DNA from: an uncultured Chloroflexia bacterium
GTDB lineage: Bacteria > Chloroflexota > Limnocylindria > Limnocylindrales > CSP1-4
NCBI GenBank assembly: GCA_963746845.1
Contig: CAVVCZ010000005.1
Span: 256,001 to 320,000, forward strand
Reading direction: 5' to 3'
DNA: 64,000 nucleotides
In this document: positions 9,005 through 18,834 of the stretch, piece by piece
How the letters are laid out: every line of letters begins with the position of its first letter
How positions within the stretch are numbered: the stretch's first letter is position 1
Notes under the pieces: model-generated
What the model was told of the DNA's origin: nothing
The model's database searches: none
Seen by the model: only the letters and a program-made list of their open reading frames with translations
Made by a program: the position numbers and the translations under genes

Positions 9005-9631
9005 TCAGGTCCGGGCGACGGGCCGCATCGGGTAGAGACCGACGACGACCGGGCTGCGCGGGTCCATCGACAGCTCATAGCCGATCTCGCCGCCGCGCAG
9101 CAGCTCGCCGAGCAGCGATCCCTCGCGCTCGGGCAGACCGACGAAGACCCTGCCGGAGCCGAGATCGACCGGGGTCACGTCGTCGTCGCCGCCGTTGATC
9201 CCGAACCGGCGCCGAAGCTCGTGCATCGGGACGTACGGCCGGCTCTTGATGAAGCGGCGGAGCTGGGGAGCCGTGCAGGACGCACCGGGCGGGCCGTCGT
9301 GGGCGACGCCATTCGGGCCGTGGAACACGGGCGGGCCGGGGGCATGGAATCCGTTCTGCCCCGGCACGGAACCGTCCGGGACCGGGCCGACGGGTCCGGG
9401 CGGCGGCGGCACTGCGTCGGCGATCGTCGAGACGGCGATCGCCGCCGGCGCGGGCGCCGCGACCATGGCCGGGGGTGGTACCGGGACGGCGGCATCGGTG
9501 CCCCGGGTCACCTCGGGCGGGCTGGAGGCACCGACTGACGAGGCGCCGCTCGTGGGTCCGGGTGCGGCCTGGGGGGGCCGGGAGTGACCGTTCGAGTGGT
9601 GCGGGCGTCCGCCGTGATGGCGCCGGCTCAT
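9005..9631 (-). CDS. Hypothetical protein with a Pro-rich N-terminus and compact C-terminal domain
   Basis: Low-complexity N-terminus, then CTAPQLRRFIKSRPYVPMHELRRRFG... Confidence 0.7.
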   Translation of the reverse strand: MSRRHHGGRPHHSNGHSRPPQAAPGPTSGASSVGASSPPEVTRGTDAAVPVPPPAMVAAPAPAAIAVSTIADAVPPPPGPVGPVPDGSVPGQNGFHAPGPPVFHGPNGVAHDGPPGASCTAPQLRRFIKSRPYVPMHELRRRFGINGGDDDVTPVDLGSGRVFVGLPEREGSLLGELLRGGEIGYELSMDPRSPVVVGLYPMRPVART

Positions 9632-9794
9632 CGGCGATGGGCGACAAGCCGGTGGACCGGCTCGTCGGCATGGGCGGCGGCGTTGGGGCGCCGCTGGAGG
9701 GTCGGGCTCATCGTTCGATCGTGGAGGGCGGTCCGATGGACCACCGTCCCGAGATCATACCCCCGGTGGTTGCCCGCCCGTATCCAGCCGGCGA

Positions 9795-10964
9795 CTAGCC
9801 GGTGACGACCCGCAACTCCCGCGGCCCGTTGTTGAAGACGATCGGGCCGTCTGAACCGCACACGACGATGTCCTCGATCCGCGCCCCGTAGCGACCCGGA
9901 AGGTAGATCCCCGGCTCGATGCTGAACGCCATGCCGGCCTCGATCGGCTCGGCATTCCCGGCGACCAGATACGGCTCCTCGTGCCCCTCGAGCCCGATCC
10001 CGTGACCGGTCCGGTGGAAGAAGTTCTCCCCGTAGCCTTCGGCGTCGATGACGTCACGTGCGGTCCGATCGATCGCCTCGGCCGCAACCCCGGGCCGGAC
10101 CGCGCGGGTCGCGGTCACCTGCGCCGTCAGCAGCACGCCGAAGAGATGACGGAACTCCTCGGTCGGGCCGTTGGCCTCGTCGCCGCCCGTGACCCACAGC
10201 GTCCGCGTGGTGTCGCTGCCGTAGCCACCGAGCGAGCCGCCGATGTCGAGGACGATCGGCTCGCCGGCCCGGATCACCCGGTCGGACGCCTCGTGATGGG
10301 GCGACGCCGAGTTGGGGCCGGATGCGACGATCGCGAACTCGGCCAGCTCGTGTCCCTCGGCCCGGAGCCGCTCGCGGACCTCGTCGGCGACGTCGGCCTC
10401 CGTCCGGCCGACGAGGCGTCCGGACGCGATCTGGTCGACGACCCGGTCCGCGGCCGCCCCGGCGAGCCGGAGCAGCTCGATCTCGTCGGCGTCCTTGACC
10501 ATCCGGAGGCGCCGCAGGATCGTCGTCGCGGAGCTCCACGATGCCCCGGCCAGCGCCGCCTGCAGCCGGAGCAGGTGGTACGCCGTCAGCCGATCCGAGA
10601 CGGCGATCCGGGGCGTCCCCGCCGACCCGCCCGGGGATCGCCCGACGAGGCCGGCCACGATCCCGTGCGGATCGTCGGTCTCCATCCACGTCGTGATCGC
10701 GACCGGCGTCCGGAGCCCGGCCTCGGCGGCGGGCTGCTCCAGCCGGGGCACGATCAGCAACGGCTCGGCACCTGCGACGACGACCAGCATCGTCAGCCGC
10801 TCGAGGGGCATCGCGCGGTACCCGGTCAGGTAGTCCAGGTCGGGCCCGACCCCGATCAGCACGGCGTCGAAGCCGCCGTCGACGCCACCCTCGGCCAGGC
10901 GGCGCAGGCGCTCCGTGTAACGCTCGGTGGGGATCGCGGGGCGCGCGGGCAGCGCGGTCGTCAT
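9795..10964 (-). CDS. Xaa-Pro peptidase (M24)
   Basis: DIGG...SDTTRT, HRTGHGIGLEGHE, EPGIY and RIED motifs. Confidence 0.93.
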   Translation of the reverse strand: MTTALPARPAIPTERYTERLRRLAEGGVDGGFDAVLIGVGPDLDYLTGYRAMPLERLTMLVVVAGAEPLLIVPRLEQPAAEAGLRTPVAITTWMETDDPHGIVAGLVGRSPGGSAGTPRIAVSDRLTAYHLLRLQAALAGASWSSATTILRRLRMVKDADEIELLRLAGAAADRVVDQIASGRLVGRTEADVADEVRERLRAEGHELAEFAIVASGPNSASPHHEASDRVIRAGEPIVLDIGGSLGGYGSDTTRTLWVTGGDEANGPTEEFRHLFGVLLTAQVTATRAVRPGVAAEAIDRTARDVIDAEGYGENFFHRTGHGIGLEGHEEPYLVAGNAEPIEAGMAFSIEPGIYLPGRYGARIEDIVVCGSDGPIVFNNGPRELRVVTG

Positions 10965-11350
10965 GGGATCGTCGCCTCCTTCGGCGTGGGGTGGTCGAGG
11001 GTGGCGTCGAGCCAGCGCCGGATCGTCGCCGGGCCGTCGTCGAACAGCTTGCGATACGCGAGGACGCGATCGGCACCGACCGCGAGCGCATCGCGGCGCA
11101 GGACATGATCATCGTGCTGACCGACCGCCAGGACGGGGATCCGTCGATCCCGTGCCGTGGCGATCGCGGCCAGCCCGTCGTAGGCCCGCGAGGTGAGGTC
11201 GACGATCGCGGCATCGCACGACCCGAGGCCCGCGTCGAAGGCGGCCGCGGTCCGAACGGCGGCTGGCTCGGCGCCGGCATCGCGGATCTGCCCGATCAGG
11301 CGGGTCGACCAGATCAGGTCGTCGGCGAGGACGAGGATCCGTTCCCTCAC
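10961..11350 (-). CDS. Stand-alone receiver-like domain protein
   Basis: ILVLADD...AIVDL...IPVLAVG...GADRV, a CheY-like pattern. Confidence 0.7.
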   Translation of the reverse strand: MRERILVLADDLIWSTRLIGQIRDAGAEPAAVRTAAAFDAGLGSCDAAIVDLTSRAYDGLAAIATARDRRIPVLAVGQHDDHVLRRDALAVGADRVLAYRKLFDDGPATIRRWLDATLDHPTPKEATIP

Positions 11351-11368
11351 GACCGGGCGACCGCCGCC

Positions 11369-11869
11369 CTAGTCCAGCGACTGGGCGAGGTGATGGAAGA
11401 CGTCCCGGGCGGTGACCACGCCCGTCGGCCGCCCGTCCTCGACGATCGGGATGTGGCGGAAGCCCCCGACCGCCATCTTGTTGATCGCGACCGCGATCGT
11501 CTCGTCGTGCCGGAGGACGACCGGGTCGTGCGTCATCAGCGCCCCGATCGAGCGATCCGGCGGCGACGTCCCGGCCACCTTGAGCACCGCGTCACGGTCG
11601 GTGAAGATGCCGACGAGCCGGCCCCCGTCCACGACGAGGACGCAGTCGATCCCCTTGTCGTGCATGCGGCGGATCGCCTCGTCGACGTCGGTCGACGCGT
11701 CCACGATCTCCGGCGGCACGACGCCGAGCGCGTCCAGGTGCTTGCCCAGCAGCCGGCCGTGGAAGGCGGTCGCGGGCTCCGGGACGTCGCGTCCCGCGAG
11801 GTCCGACCCACAGTTGTCGCAGACGTCGGCCCCGCTCAGGTTCTCGTATCCACACGTCGGGCAGCGCAT
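11369..11869 (-). CDS. Zinc-ribbon plus CBS-pair protein
   Basis: MRCPTCGYENLSGADVCDNCG; LVGIFTDRD; FRHIPIV. Confidence 0.88.
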   Translation of the reverse strand: MRCPTCGYENLSGADVCDNCGSDLAGRDVPEPATAFHGRLLGKHLDALGVVPPEIVDASTDVDEAIRRMHDKGIDCVLVVDGGRLVGIFTDRDAVLKVAGTSPPDRSIGALMTHDPVVLRHDETIAVAINKMAVGGFRHIPIVEDGRPTGVVTARDVFHHLAQSLD

Positions 11870-11880
11870 GGGTCCCTCGC

Positions 11881-12930
11881 CTAGTCGACGGTCCAGGTCT
11901 CGCCGCTCGCGAGGACCGATGCCAGGTCGCCCTCGCCGGTCGCCGCGATCGCGGCGGAGATCTGCCCCTGGACGAGCTGGTCGTGGGTCGGGCGGGGCAC
12001 GGCCCGCAGGACGCCGACGGGGACCGGGTAGTCCGGCCAGAACATCCGGGACAGCATCAGCGCGAGGTACGGCTCCGGGGCCGCCTCGTCGTGGACGAGG
12101 AGGTCCGACTCGCTGATCCCGTTCTCGCCGATCGTCACGACCTCCGGATGGAGCCCGCGGAGGCGGATGCCCTTGTCGCGATCCTTGCCGAAGATCATCG
12201 GCTTGCCGTGCTCGAGGACGAGCATCCGGTCCTCGCGGACCTCGCGGTCGGTGAAGTCGCGCCACGCGCCGTCGTTGAAGATGTTGCAGTTCTGGAGGAC
12301 CTCGACGAACGTCGAGCCGTGGTGAAGCCCGGCCCGCTGGAGCGTCTGCTGGAGGTGCTCCGTGTGGGTGTCGACGCTCCGGGCCACGAACGACGCCTCG
12401 GCGGCGAGTGCCACCGTCAGCGGCTGGATCGGCGTGTCGACCGTGCCGGCCGGCGTCGACTTCGTGCGCTTGCCGAACTCGGACGTCGGCGACGCCTGGC
12501 CCTTGGTCAGACCGTAGATCCGGTTGTTGAACATCACGAGCGTGATGTCGACGTTCCGGCGCATCGAGTGGAGGACGTGGTTCCCGCCGATCGAGAGCGC
12601 GTCGCCGTCGCCGGTGATCACCCAGACCATCAGGTCCGGCCGCGCCGCCTTGAGACCGGTCGCGAGCGTCGGAGCACGGCCGTGGATCGTGTGGAACCCA
12701 TAGGTGTTCATGTAGTACGGCAGCCGGCCCGAACAGCCGATCCCGCTGATGAAGACGATGTTCTCCTTCGGCACGCCGAAGTCCGGCATCTGCTTCTGGG
12801 TCTGGGCCAGGATCGAGTAGTCGCCGCAGCCCGGACACCAGCGAACCTCCTGGTCGGACACGAAGTCCTTCCGGGTCAGCTGGATGATCTCGGCGTTCTC
12901 GGGGCTGAGGGCGGGCATCGATTCAGTCAT
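11881..12930 (-). CDS. korB: 2-oxoacid:ferredoxin oxidoreductase beta subunit
   Basis: WCPGCGD, SGIGCS, GDGD...NN..YGLTKGQ. Confidence 0.95.
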   Translation of the reverse strand: MTESMPALSPENAEIIQLTRKDFVSDQEVRWCPGCGDYSILAQTQKQMPDFGVPKENIVFISGIGCSGRLPYYMNTYGFHTIHGRAPTLATGLKAARPDLMVWVITGDGDALSIGGNHVLHSMRRNVDITLVMFNNRIYGLTKGQASPTSEFGKRTKSTPAGTVDTPIQPLTVALAAEASFVARSVDTHTEHLQQTLQRAGLHHGSTFVEVLQNCNIFNDGAWRDFTDREVREDRMLVLEHGKPMIFGKDRDKGIRLRGLHPEVVTIGENGISESDLLVHDEAAPEPYLALMLSRMFWPDYPVPVGVLRAVPRPTHDQLVQGQISAAIAATGEGDLASVLASGETWTVD

Positions 12931-14782
12931 GTGCGACTCCCAGGATCCGCTCGGCCTGGGCGACGATCTCGGCGATCGTGAACGGCTTGCCACGGACGCG
13001 GTTGTAGCCCTCGGCGTCGATCAGGAACTGGGCCCGGATCAGCATCGAGAGCTGGCCGAGGTTGACCTCCGGGATCAGGACCCGACGGTAGCTCCGGAGG
13101 ACCTTCTCGGTGTTCGACGGGAACGGGTTGAGGTGGCGGAGGTGGGCGTGGGCGACGCTCCGGCCATCGCCGTGCAGCCGCTCGACGGCGCTCCGGATCG
13201 CGCCGTAGGTCGAGCCCCAGCCGAGGATCAGCAGATCGCCCCGGTCCGGACCGAACACGTCGAGCGGCGGGATGTCGTCCGCGATCCGGGCGACCTTCGC
13301 CTGGCGGAGGAGCTGCATCCGGTGGTGGTTGTCGGGGTCGTAGCTGACGTTGCCGGTGATGTCCGCCTTCTCCAGCCCGCCGATCCGGTGCTCCAGGCCC
13401 GGCGTTCCGGGGATCGCCCACTTCCTCGCAAGGGTCTTCGGGTCGCGCTCGTACGGGTGGAACGTCTCCTTCTCCGTCCAGTTCCGGACGGAGATGTCCG
13501 GCAGGTCCTCGACAGACGGGATCTTCCACGGCTCCGCGCCCGTCGCGAGGAACGCGTCAGAGAGGTACACGACCGGGGTCACGTACTTCAGCGCGAGCCG
13601 CCACGCCTCGATCGCCATGTCGAAGCACTCTCCCGGCGTCGCCGGCGCGACGACCGGCAACGGCGAGTCGCTGTTCCGCCCGAACATCACCTGGAGCAGG
13701 TCCGCCTGCTCGTTCTTCGTCGGCATGCCGGTCGAAGGCCCGGCCCGCTGGACGTCGACGACGACGAGCGGGAGCTCGACCATCACGGCCAGCCCGAGCG
13801 CCTCCGACTTCAGCGCGATGCCCGGCCCGGACGACGCGGTCAGCCCGAGCGCCCCGCCGTAGCTCGCGCCGATCGCCGCGCCGATCGCGGCGATCTCGTC
13901 CTCGGCCTGGAAGGTCTTCACGCCGAAGCTCTTGTAGCCCGACAGCTGGTGGAGGATGTCCGAGGCCGGCGTGATCGGATAGGACCCGTAGAAGAGGGGC
14001 CGGTCCGCGAGCTTCGAGGCGGCGAGCATCCCCAGCGCCGTGGCCTCGTTGCCGGTGATGTTCCGGTACGTGCCGGGCGGGAGATGGGCCGGCGCGACCC
14101 GGTAGTGCGTGTGGAAGATCTCGGTCGTCTCGCCGAACGCGTAGCCGGCCTTGACGGCGCGGATGTTGGCCTCGGCGACGACCGGCCGCTTGCCGAACTT
14201 GTCGTTGATCCAGTGGATCGTCCCGTCGAAGTCCCGGCCGTACAGCCAGAACATGATCCCGAGGGCGAAGAAGTTCTTCGTGAGGTCCTTCTGCTTCGAC
14301 GTCATGTCGAGGCCCTCGAGGGACCGCTCGTTCAGCGTGGAGATCGGGATCTCGAAGACGCTGAATTGCTTCAGCGAGCCGTCGGACAGCGGGTTCGCGG
14401 CATAGCCGGCCTTCTGGAGGTTCTGGGCGGTGAACGCGTCGCTGTTGACGATCAGCGCCCCACCGGCCGGCAGATCGATCACGTTCGTCCTGAGGGCCGC
14501 CGGGTTCATCGCGACGAGGACGTCGGGCTGGTCGCCCGGTGTATGGATGTCGCTCGAGCTGAAGCTGATCTGGAAGCCGGACACGCCCGGCAGCGAGCCG
14601 GCCGGCGCGCGGATCTCGGCCGGGAAGTCCGGAAGCGTGCTGATGTCGTTGCCGTAGACGGCGGCCGTACGGGTGAACTGGGTGCCGGTGAGCTGCATCC
14701 CGTCGCCGGAGTCGCCCGCGAAGCGGATGGTGACGCGATCGAGCTCCTGGGTCTGCGGCTCGATCTCGCGGGTCGTGGTCAC
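12923..14782 (-). CDS. korA: 2-oxoacid:ferredoxin oxidoreductase alpha subunit
   Basis: AGDSGDGMQ, YPITPAS, EDEIAA and QRAGPSTG motifs. Confidence 0.95.
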   Translation of the reverse strand: MTTTREIEPQTQELDRVTIRFAGDSGDGMQLTGTQFTRTAAVYGNDISTLPDFPAEIRAPAGSLPGVSGFQISFSSSDIHTPGDQPDVLVAMNPAALRTNVIDLPAGGALIVNSDAFTAQNLQKAGYAANPLSDGSLKQFSVFEIPISTLNERSLEGLDMTSKQKDLTKNFFALGIMFWLYGRDFDGTIHWINDKFGKRPVVAEANIRAVKAGYAFGETTEIFHTHYRVAPAHLPPGTYRNITGNEATALGMLAASKLADRPLFYGSYPITPASDILHQLSGYKSFGVKTFQAEDEIAAIGAAIGASYGGALGLTASSGPGIALKSEALGLAVMVELPLVVVDVQRAGPSTGMPTKNEQADLLQVMFGRNSDSPLPVVAPATPGECFDMAIEAWRLALKYVTPVVYLSDAFLATGAEPWKIPSVEDLPDISVRNWTEKETFHPYERDPKTLARKWAIPGTPGLEHRIGGLEKADITGNVSYDPDNHHRMQLLRQAKVARIADDIPPLDVFGPDRGDLLILGWGSTYGAIRSAVERLHGDGRSVAHAHLRHLNPFPSNTEKVLRSYRRVLIPEVNLGQLSMLIRAQFLIDAEGYNRVRGKPFTIAEIVAQAERILGVAHD

Positions 14783-14789
14783 GCTGGGG

Positions 14790-15299
14790 TCAGCCCCCTT
14801 CGGCTCGGTGCATCGTCTGATGGGGTCGGGGCGGCAGGTTGAGGAGCTCCTCGGGGAACGACTCGGCGAGGTACTTCAGGACGTCCTGCGGGCGGATGAC
14901 GCCCTGGAGGGTGTCGTCGTCGTCGAGCAGCGGCACGTTCCGGTAGCGGCCGGTCTGCATCAGCTCGATGGCGTGACGGACGGTCTCCTCGAGATGGAGG
15001 TGGTGCGGCTTCGTCGTCATCAGCGTCTCGACCGGCTGCGACAGGTCGATCGGGGGCACGTCGCCACCGACGAGGCGACCGAAGATGTCGCGCTCCGTCA
15101 GGACCCCGGCGAGGCGGCCCGAGGCGTCGACGACGAAGACGGAATCGCCCGTCCCGGTCCGGCGGATCTCCGCCAGGCACGCGCTCAGGCTGGTCCCGGG
15201 CGGGACGGTCACCGGCTCCCGGCGCCCGACGCCCTGGAGTCGCTCGTCGAGGAGGGTCGGGACCCGGGCGACGACGGCGCCCTCGGTGAGGTCGTTCAC
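14790..15299 (-). CDS. CBS-pair protein
   Basis: LAGVLTERD and YRNVPL; GTG lies 7 nt after a TACACT -10 box. Confidence 0.85.
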   Translation of the reverse strand: MNDLTEGAVVARVPTLLDERLQGVGRREPVTVPPGTSLSACLAEIRRTGTGDSVFVVDASGRLAGVLTERDIFGRLVGGDVPPIDLSQPVETLMTTKPHHLHLEETVRHAIELMQTGRYRNVPLLDDDDTLQGVIRPQDVLKYLAESFPEELLNLPPRPHQTMHRAEGG

Positions 15300-15403
15300 G
15301 CGGGCAAGTGTATCCACTTCGCGTGTTGCGCCCGGTGATCCTCGGCCGCCGGGCACCGGCTTGCGTCCACGGAACGGGCCGGCGCGCTGCTAGCCTCGCG
15401 GGC

Positions 15404-16402
15404 GTGGATCGCCGCCGGGCCCTCGGGATCGTCCTCGTCGTCGTGTCCGCCGCGGGCTTCGCCTCGGGAACGGTCCTCTCGAAGCCGATCTATGCGGCGG
15501 GCCTCGACTGGCTGCAGCTGCTCGCGTGGCGGTTCGCGATCGGCGCTGCGCTGGCGTGGGGCTGGCTCCTCGTCTCGCCGACCCGCCGGTCCGCGATCCG
15601 GCGTCTCGGGCGACGCCAGGCGCTCGGCGCCGCCGCCCTCGGCGTCTGGTACACCGGCAACGCGGGCACCTACTACGCCGGCCTCCAGACGGTCCCGGCG
15701 TCGCTTGCCGGCGTCCTCGTCTATCTCTATCCCGCGCTCGTGGCCGTCCTGTCGGTCCGCTTCGCAACACGGCTGACGGGTCGCCGCCCGTGGTTCGCCC
15801 TCGGGATCGCGCTGGTCGGGGTCGTGCTGGCCCTCGGCGGGATCGATCTCGTCCCGCCGCCGCCGGTCAGCGGGCTGCTCCTGATCCTCGCCTCGCCCGT
15901 GATCTACGCGGGCTGGATCATCCTGTCCGCGCGACTCGCCGGGGAGCGGACCGACCGCCTGGCCCATGAGACCGTTCGCACGGACCGGGCAGATGACGCG
16001 GCCGCCACCACGACGCTGATGATCAGCGCGACCGCGGCCGTGTTCGTGGGTGCGGCCGTGCTGACCGGCCGCCCGCTCGCGCCCGACCGGATCCCGCCCG
16101 ACGCGTGGCCGTACCTGGCCGCGATCGGGTTCGCGAGCACCTTCCTCGCGATCCAGACGTTCTATGCGGGGGCACGCCGGATCGGGGCCGCCCAGGCCGC
16201 GCTCGTCAGCACCGTCGAGCCGCTGATCATCGTGACCCTGGCCTGGCTGACGCTCGGCGAGGTCCTTGCGCCGATCCAGCTCGTGGGCGCCGGGCTGATC
16301 CTCGTCGGGGTCGTCGTCGCTCAGACCGGCGAGCGCCCGCACGGGGCTCCGGAGCCGGCCGCACCGCTCGACGGCGAGCTGACGCCGGGATCGACCGGCT
16401 AG
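15404..16402 (+). CDS. DMT/EamA transporter
   Basis: About 10 TM helices; two EamA repeats (YLYPALVA, STVEPL). Confidence 0.9.
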   Translation: MDRRRALGIVLVVVSAAGFASGTVLSKPIYAAGLDWLQLLAWRFAIGAALAWGWLLVSPTRRSAIRRLGRRQALGAAALGVWYTGNAGTYYAGLQTVPASLAGVLVYLYPALVAVLSVRFATRLTGRRPWFALGIALVGVVLALGGIDLVPPPPVSGLLLILASPVIYAGWIILSARLAGERTDRLAHETVRTDRADDAAATTTLMISATAAVFVGAAVLTGRPLAPDRIPPDAWPYLAAIGFASTFLAIQTFYAGARRIGAAQAALVSTVEPLIIVTLAWLTLGEVLAPIQLVGAGLILVGVVVAQTGERPHGAPEPAAPLDGELTPGSTG

Positions 16403-17155
16403 CCGGCGGCGCTCTCGACCGGCTCGGTGGACGGCGCCTGGAGGTCCTCGAACACGTAGATCAGGCGCTTCCGATGACCGGGGTTGCCGAGGACGACGCG
16501 GGTCGGGACGACCGGCGCAAACCAGCCGAGGACCCGCTCGTTCGTCAGGTCGTGGTGGCAGTTGGCCGGGTCGGCCATGATCCAGTCGATCGGCAGCGAG
16601 AGGATCGCGTTCCGGGCGACCCGTCGGACCTCGCGGAACGCCTCGGGCTGGCGGGTCCCGAGATGCTCGAACACCTGGAGCGCGACGAACAGGTCGTACT
16701 GCCCGTCGGCGACGGGCCATGGCGTCGTCGTCGCGTTGGCGACGATCCGGCGGCCCTCGGCCCGGAGGTCCGGCTTGTCGACGACGTCCATGACGTCGGC
16801 GCCCACGATCAGCGACCGGAGGTGCGGTCCCAGCTCCAGGGCCGATCCGCAGGTGCTTGCGGCCGATCAGCTCGGAGGCTGCCTCGCCGGCGACGCCCAT
16901 GTACCCGACCCGGGCCTTGTAGTACGGCTCCGCGGCGGCCAGGTCGACGAGCTCCACGTGGCGGAGCGGCCGGATCGGCGCCGGCCTGCGGCCCGCTGCG
17001 CGGTAGACCGCGTCGACGGCGCGTGTCCACCAACGCTCGAGGGTGGTCGGGATCGAGCTCGGCGAATCCCGGAGGAAGAGCGGCCGGACCCGATGCCAGA
17101 CGGGCCGGAGGACCGGGCGGAAGGGACGCAGGATCCGCCGCAGGCGTGCCTCCAT
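16399..17155 (-). pseudogene. SAM-dependent methyltransferase-like ORF with a +1 frameshift near 16846 (possible sequencing error)
   Basis: MEARLRR...GRKHLR continues in another frame as SALELGPHLRSLIVGADVMD...YDLFVALQVFEHL. Confidence 0.6.
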
Positions 17156-17159
17156 CGGG

Positions 17160-17930
17160 TCAGCCCCGGATCGCGGCGAGCGACCGGCGTGCGCCGTCGG
17201 CGACGAACGCCGCGTCGGCGCCGATCCCGACGAACGTGAACCCGAGCTCCAGGTGGCGCGGCACGACCGTCGTGTCGTAGACGAGGATGCCGGCGGCCTT
17301 GCCGTGGGCCCGGCAGGCGGCGACGACCCGGTCGAGGGCCGCGAGGTAGTCGGCATGCTGGAACTGCCCGGGGATGCGCAGGGAGTGGGACAGGTCCGCC
17401 GGCCCGACGAAGAGGACGTCGACGCCGTCGATCGCGGCGATCGCGTCGGCATCCGCGAGCCCGCCGGTCGACTCGATCTGGACGATCCCGACGACCCGTT
17501 GGTTCAGACGATGGACGTCCGGGTGGGCGACGGCGCCCAGCCCGGCGCCGCGGACGCGCGTCGCGACGCCCCGGATCCCGTCCGGTGGGTAGCGCAGGAA
17601 CGTCACCGCCTCGCGCGCCTCCTCCGCGGAATCCAGCCGCGGGACCATGATCCCGCGGGCGCCCTGGTCGAGGGCCCGCCCGATGCGGAGCCGCTCTCCG
17701 GACTGCGGCCGGACGATCGGCACGGATCCGCCGTTCTCGACGGCATGGAGCATGCCGAGGAGATCGGCCTCGGTCGTCGCCCCGTGCTCGAGGTCGACGA
17801 GCAGCCAGTCGTAGCCCGCCGTGGCACACAGCTCGGCCGAGGTCGGCGAGTTGAGGTCGAGGAACAGGCCGAGCAGGGTCTCGCCCGCGAGCACGCGGTC
17901 GCGGAAGGATCGATCGAATGGGTCCGTCAT
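17160..17930 (-). CDS. HpcH/HpaI aldolase
   Basis: DLEHG, QIES and FVGPADLS motifs. Confidence 0.92.
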   Translation of the reverse strand: MTDPFDRSFRDRVLAGETLLGLFLDLNSPTSAELCATAGYDWLLVDLEHGATTEADLLGMLHAVENGGSVPIVRPQSGERLRIGRALDQGARGIMVPRLDSAEEAREAVTFLRYPPDGIRGVATRVRGAGLGAVAHPDVHRLNQRVVGIVQIESTGGLADADAIAAIDGVDVLFVGPADLSHSLRIPGQFQHADYLAALDRVVAACRAHGKAAGILVYDTTVVPRHLELGFTFVGIGADAAFVADGARRSLAAIRG

Positions 17931-18007
17931 CGCCTAATGATGCCCGGCTCGACGCACCGCCGCGCCGAACCGAGGCGCTCCGCCTGACGGGTCGCCCTGA
18001 CACGGCA

Positions 18008-18168
18008 GTTGTGCGTAATGTCGCTCGGGGTGGCACTACGCACCCGACTGAATGCTTGCGCTCGATTGGGAGCTCGATTGGTAGCCGGATTCGGCTAACT
18101 CAGCCTTCGAAGTCGCGGATCGACCGGATTCTGGATGCGTAGTGCAACCCTGGCTGGCATTGCGCAAC
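18008..18168. repeat. Long imperfect inverted repeat (REPIN/MITE-like), copy A
   Basis: GCACTACGCA (18033-18042) pairs with TGCGTAGTGC (18136-18145), with extended flanking pairing; related to 29142-29300. Confidence 0.65.
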
Positions 18169-18282
18169 TTCGGCGAGTCGGCGATCTCTGCAGACCGCCC
18201 GGCACGAACATTGAACCGCGGTGCCGGTGGGACCATCAATGGCGGGTGAAGCGCTCGAATGGGCGCGACGGGAGAACCGCCG

Positions 18283-18834
18283 ATGCGGGCCGGGCTGGTC
18301 GAACGGGCGAGGGCAGGCGACGACGTCGCCTTCTCCGAGCTCGTCGACCTCGACGGCGACGGCTGCTATGCGATCGCGTACCGGATCCTTCGCGACGCCG
18401 AGCGTGCCCAGGACGCCGTCCAGCAGGCATTCCTCCTCGCATGGCGCCAGCTCCCGACGCTCCGTGATCCCGAGCGCTTCTCGCCGTGGCTCCGGCGACT
18501 CCTCGTCAATGCCTGTTACGAGGAACACCGGCGTCATCGGCGATGGATCTCCCGAATCCGGGTCCTGCCGGTCGACGGACCGGCCAGCCCCGACCCCACG
18601 GTCTCGGTCGACGACCGGGATGCCCTCGACCGCGCGTTCCTGCGTCTGACGCCGGAGCACCGCGCGGTCTTCGTCCTGCACCACCACGCGGGGCTCGGCC
18701 TCGCCGACATCGCCGACATCGTCGGCGTGCCGGTCGGCACGGTGAAGTCCCGCCTGCATCACGCCACCCGATCCCTGCGCGCGGCGATCGTCGCCGACAG
18801 CCAGGTCGATTCCCCGGAGGTACGGCCGGCATGA
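18283..18834 (+). CDS. ECF sigma-70 factor
   Basis: DAVQQAFLLAWR (region 2) and VGTVKSRLH (region 4); GGAG RBS. Confidence 0.92.
   Translation: MRAGLVERARAGDDVAFSELVDLDGDGCYAIAYRILRDAERAQDAVQQAFLLAWRQLPTLRDPERFSPWLRRLLVNACYEEHRRHRRWISRIRVLPVDGPASPDPTVSVDDRDALDRAFLRLTPEHRAVFVLHHHAGLGLADIADIVGVPVGTVKSRLHHATRSLRAAIVADSQVDSPEVRPA

Noticed and set aside
18008-18168. Hairpins as integron attC sites
   Set aside because: Ends read GTT...AAC, the reverse of attC polarity, and there is no integrase or cassette array.
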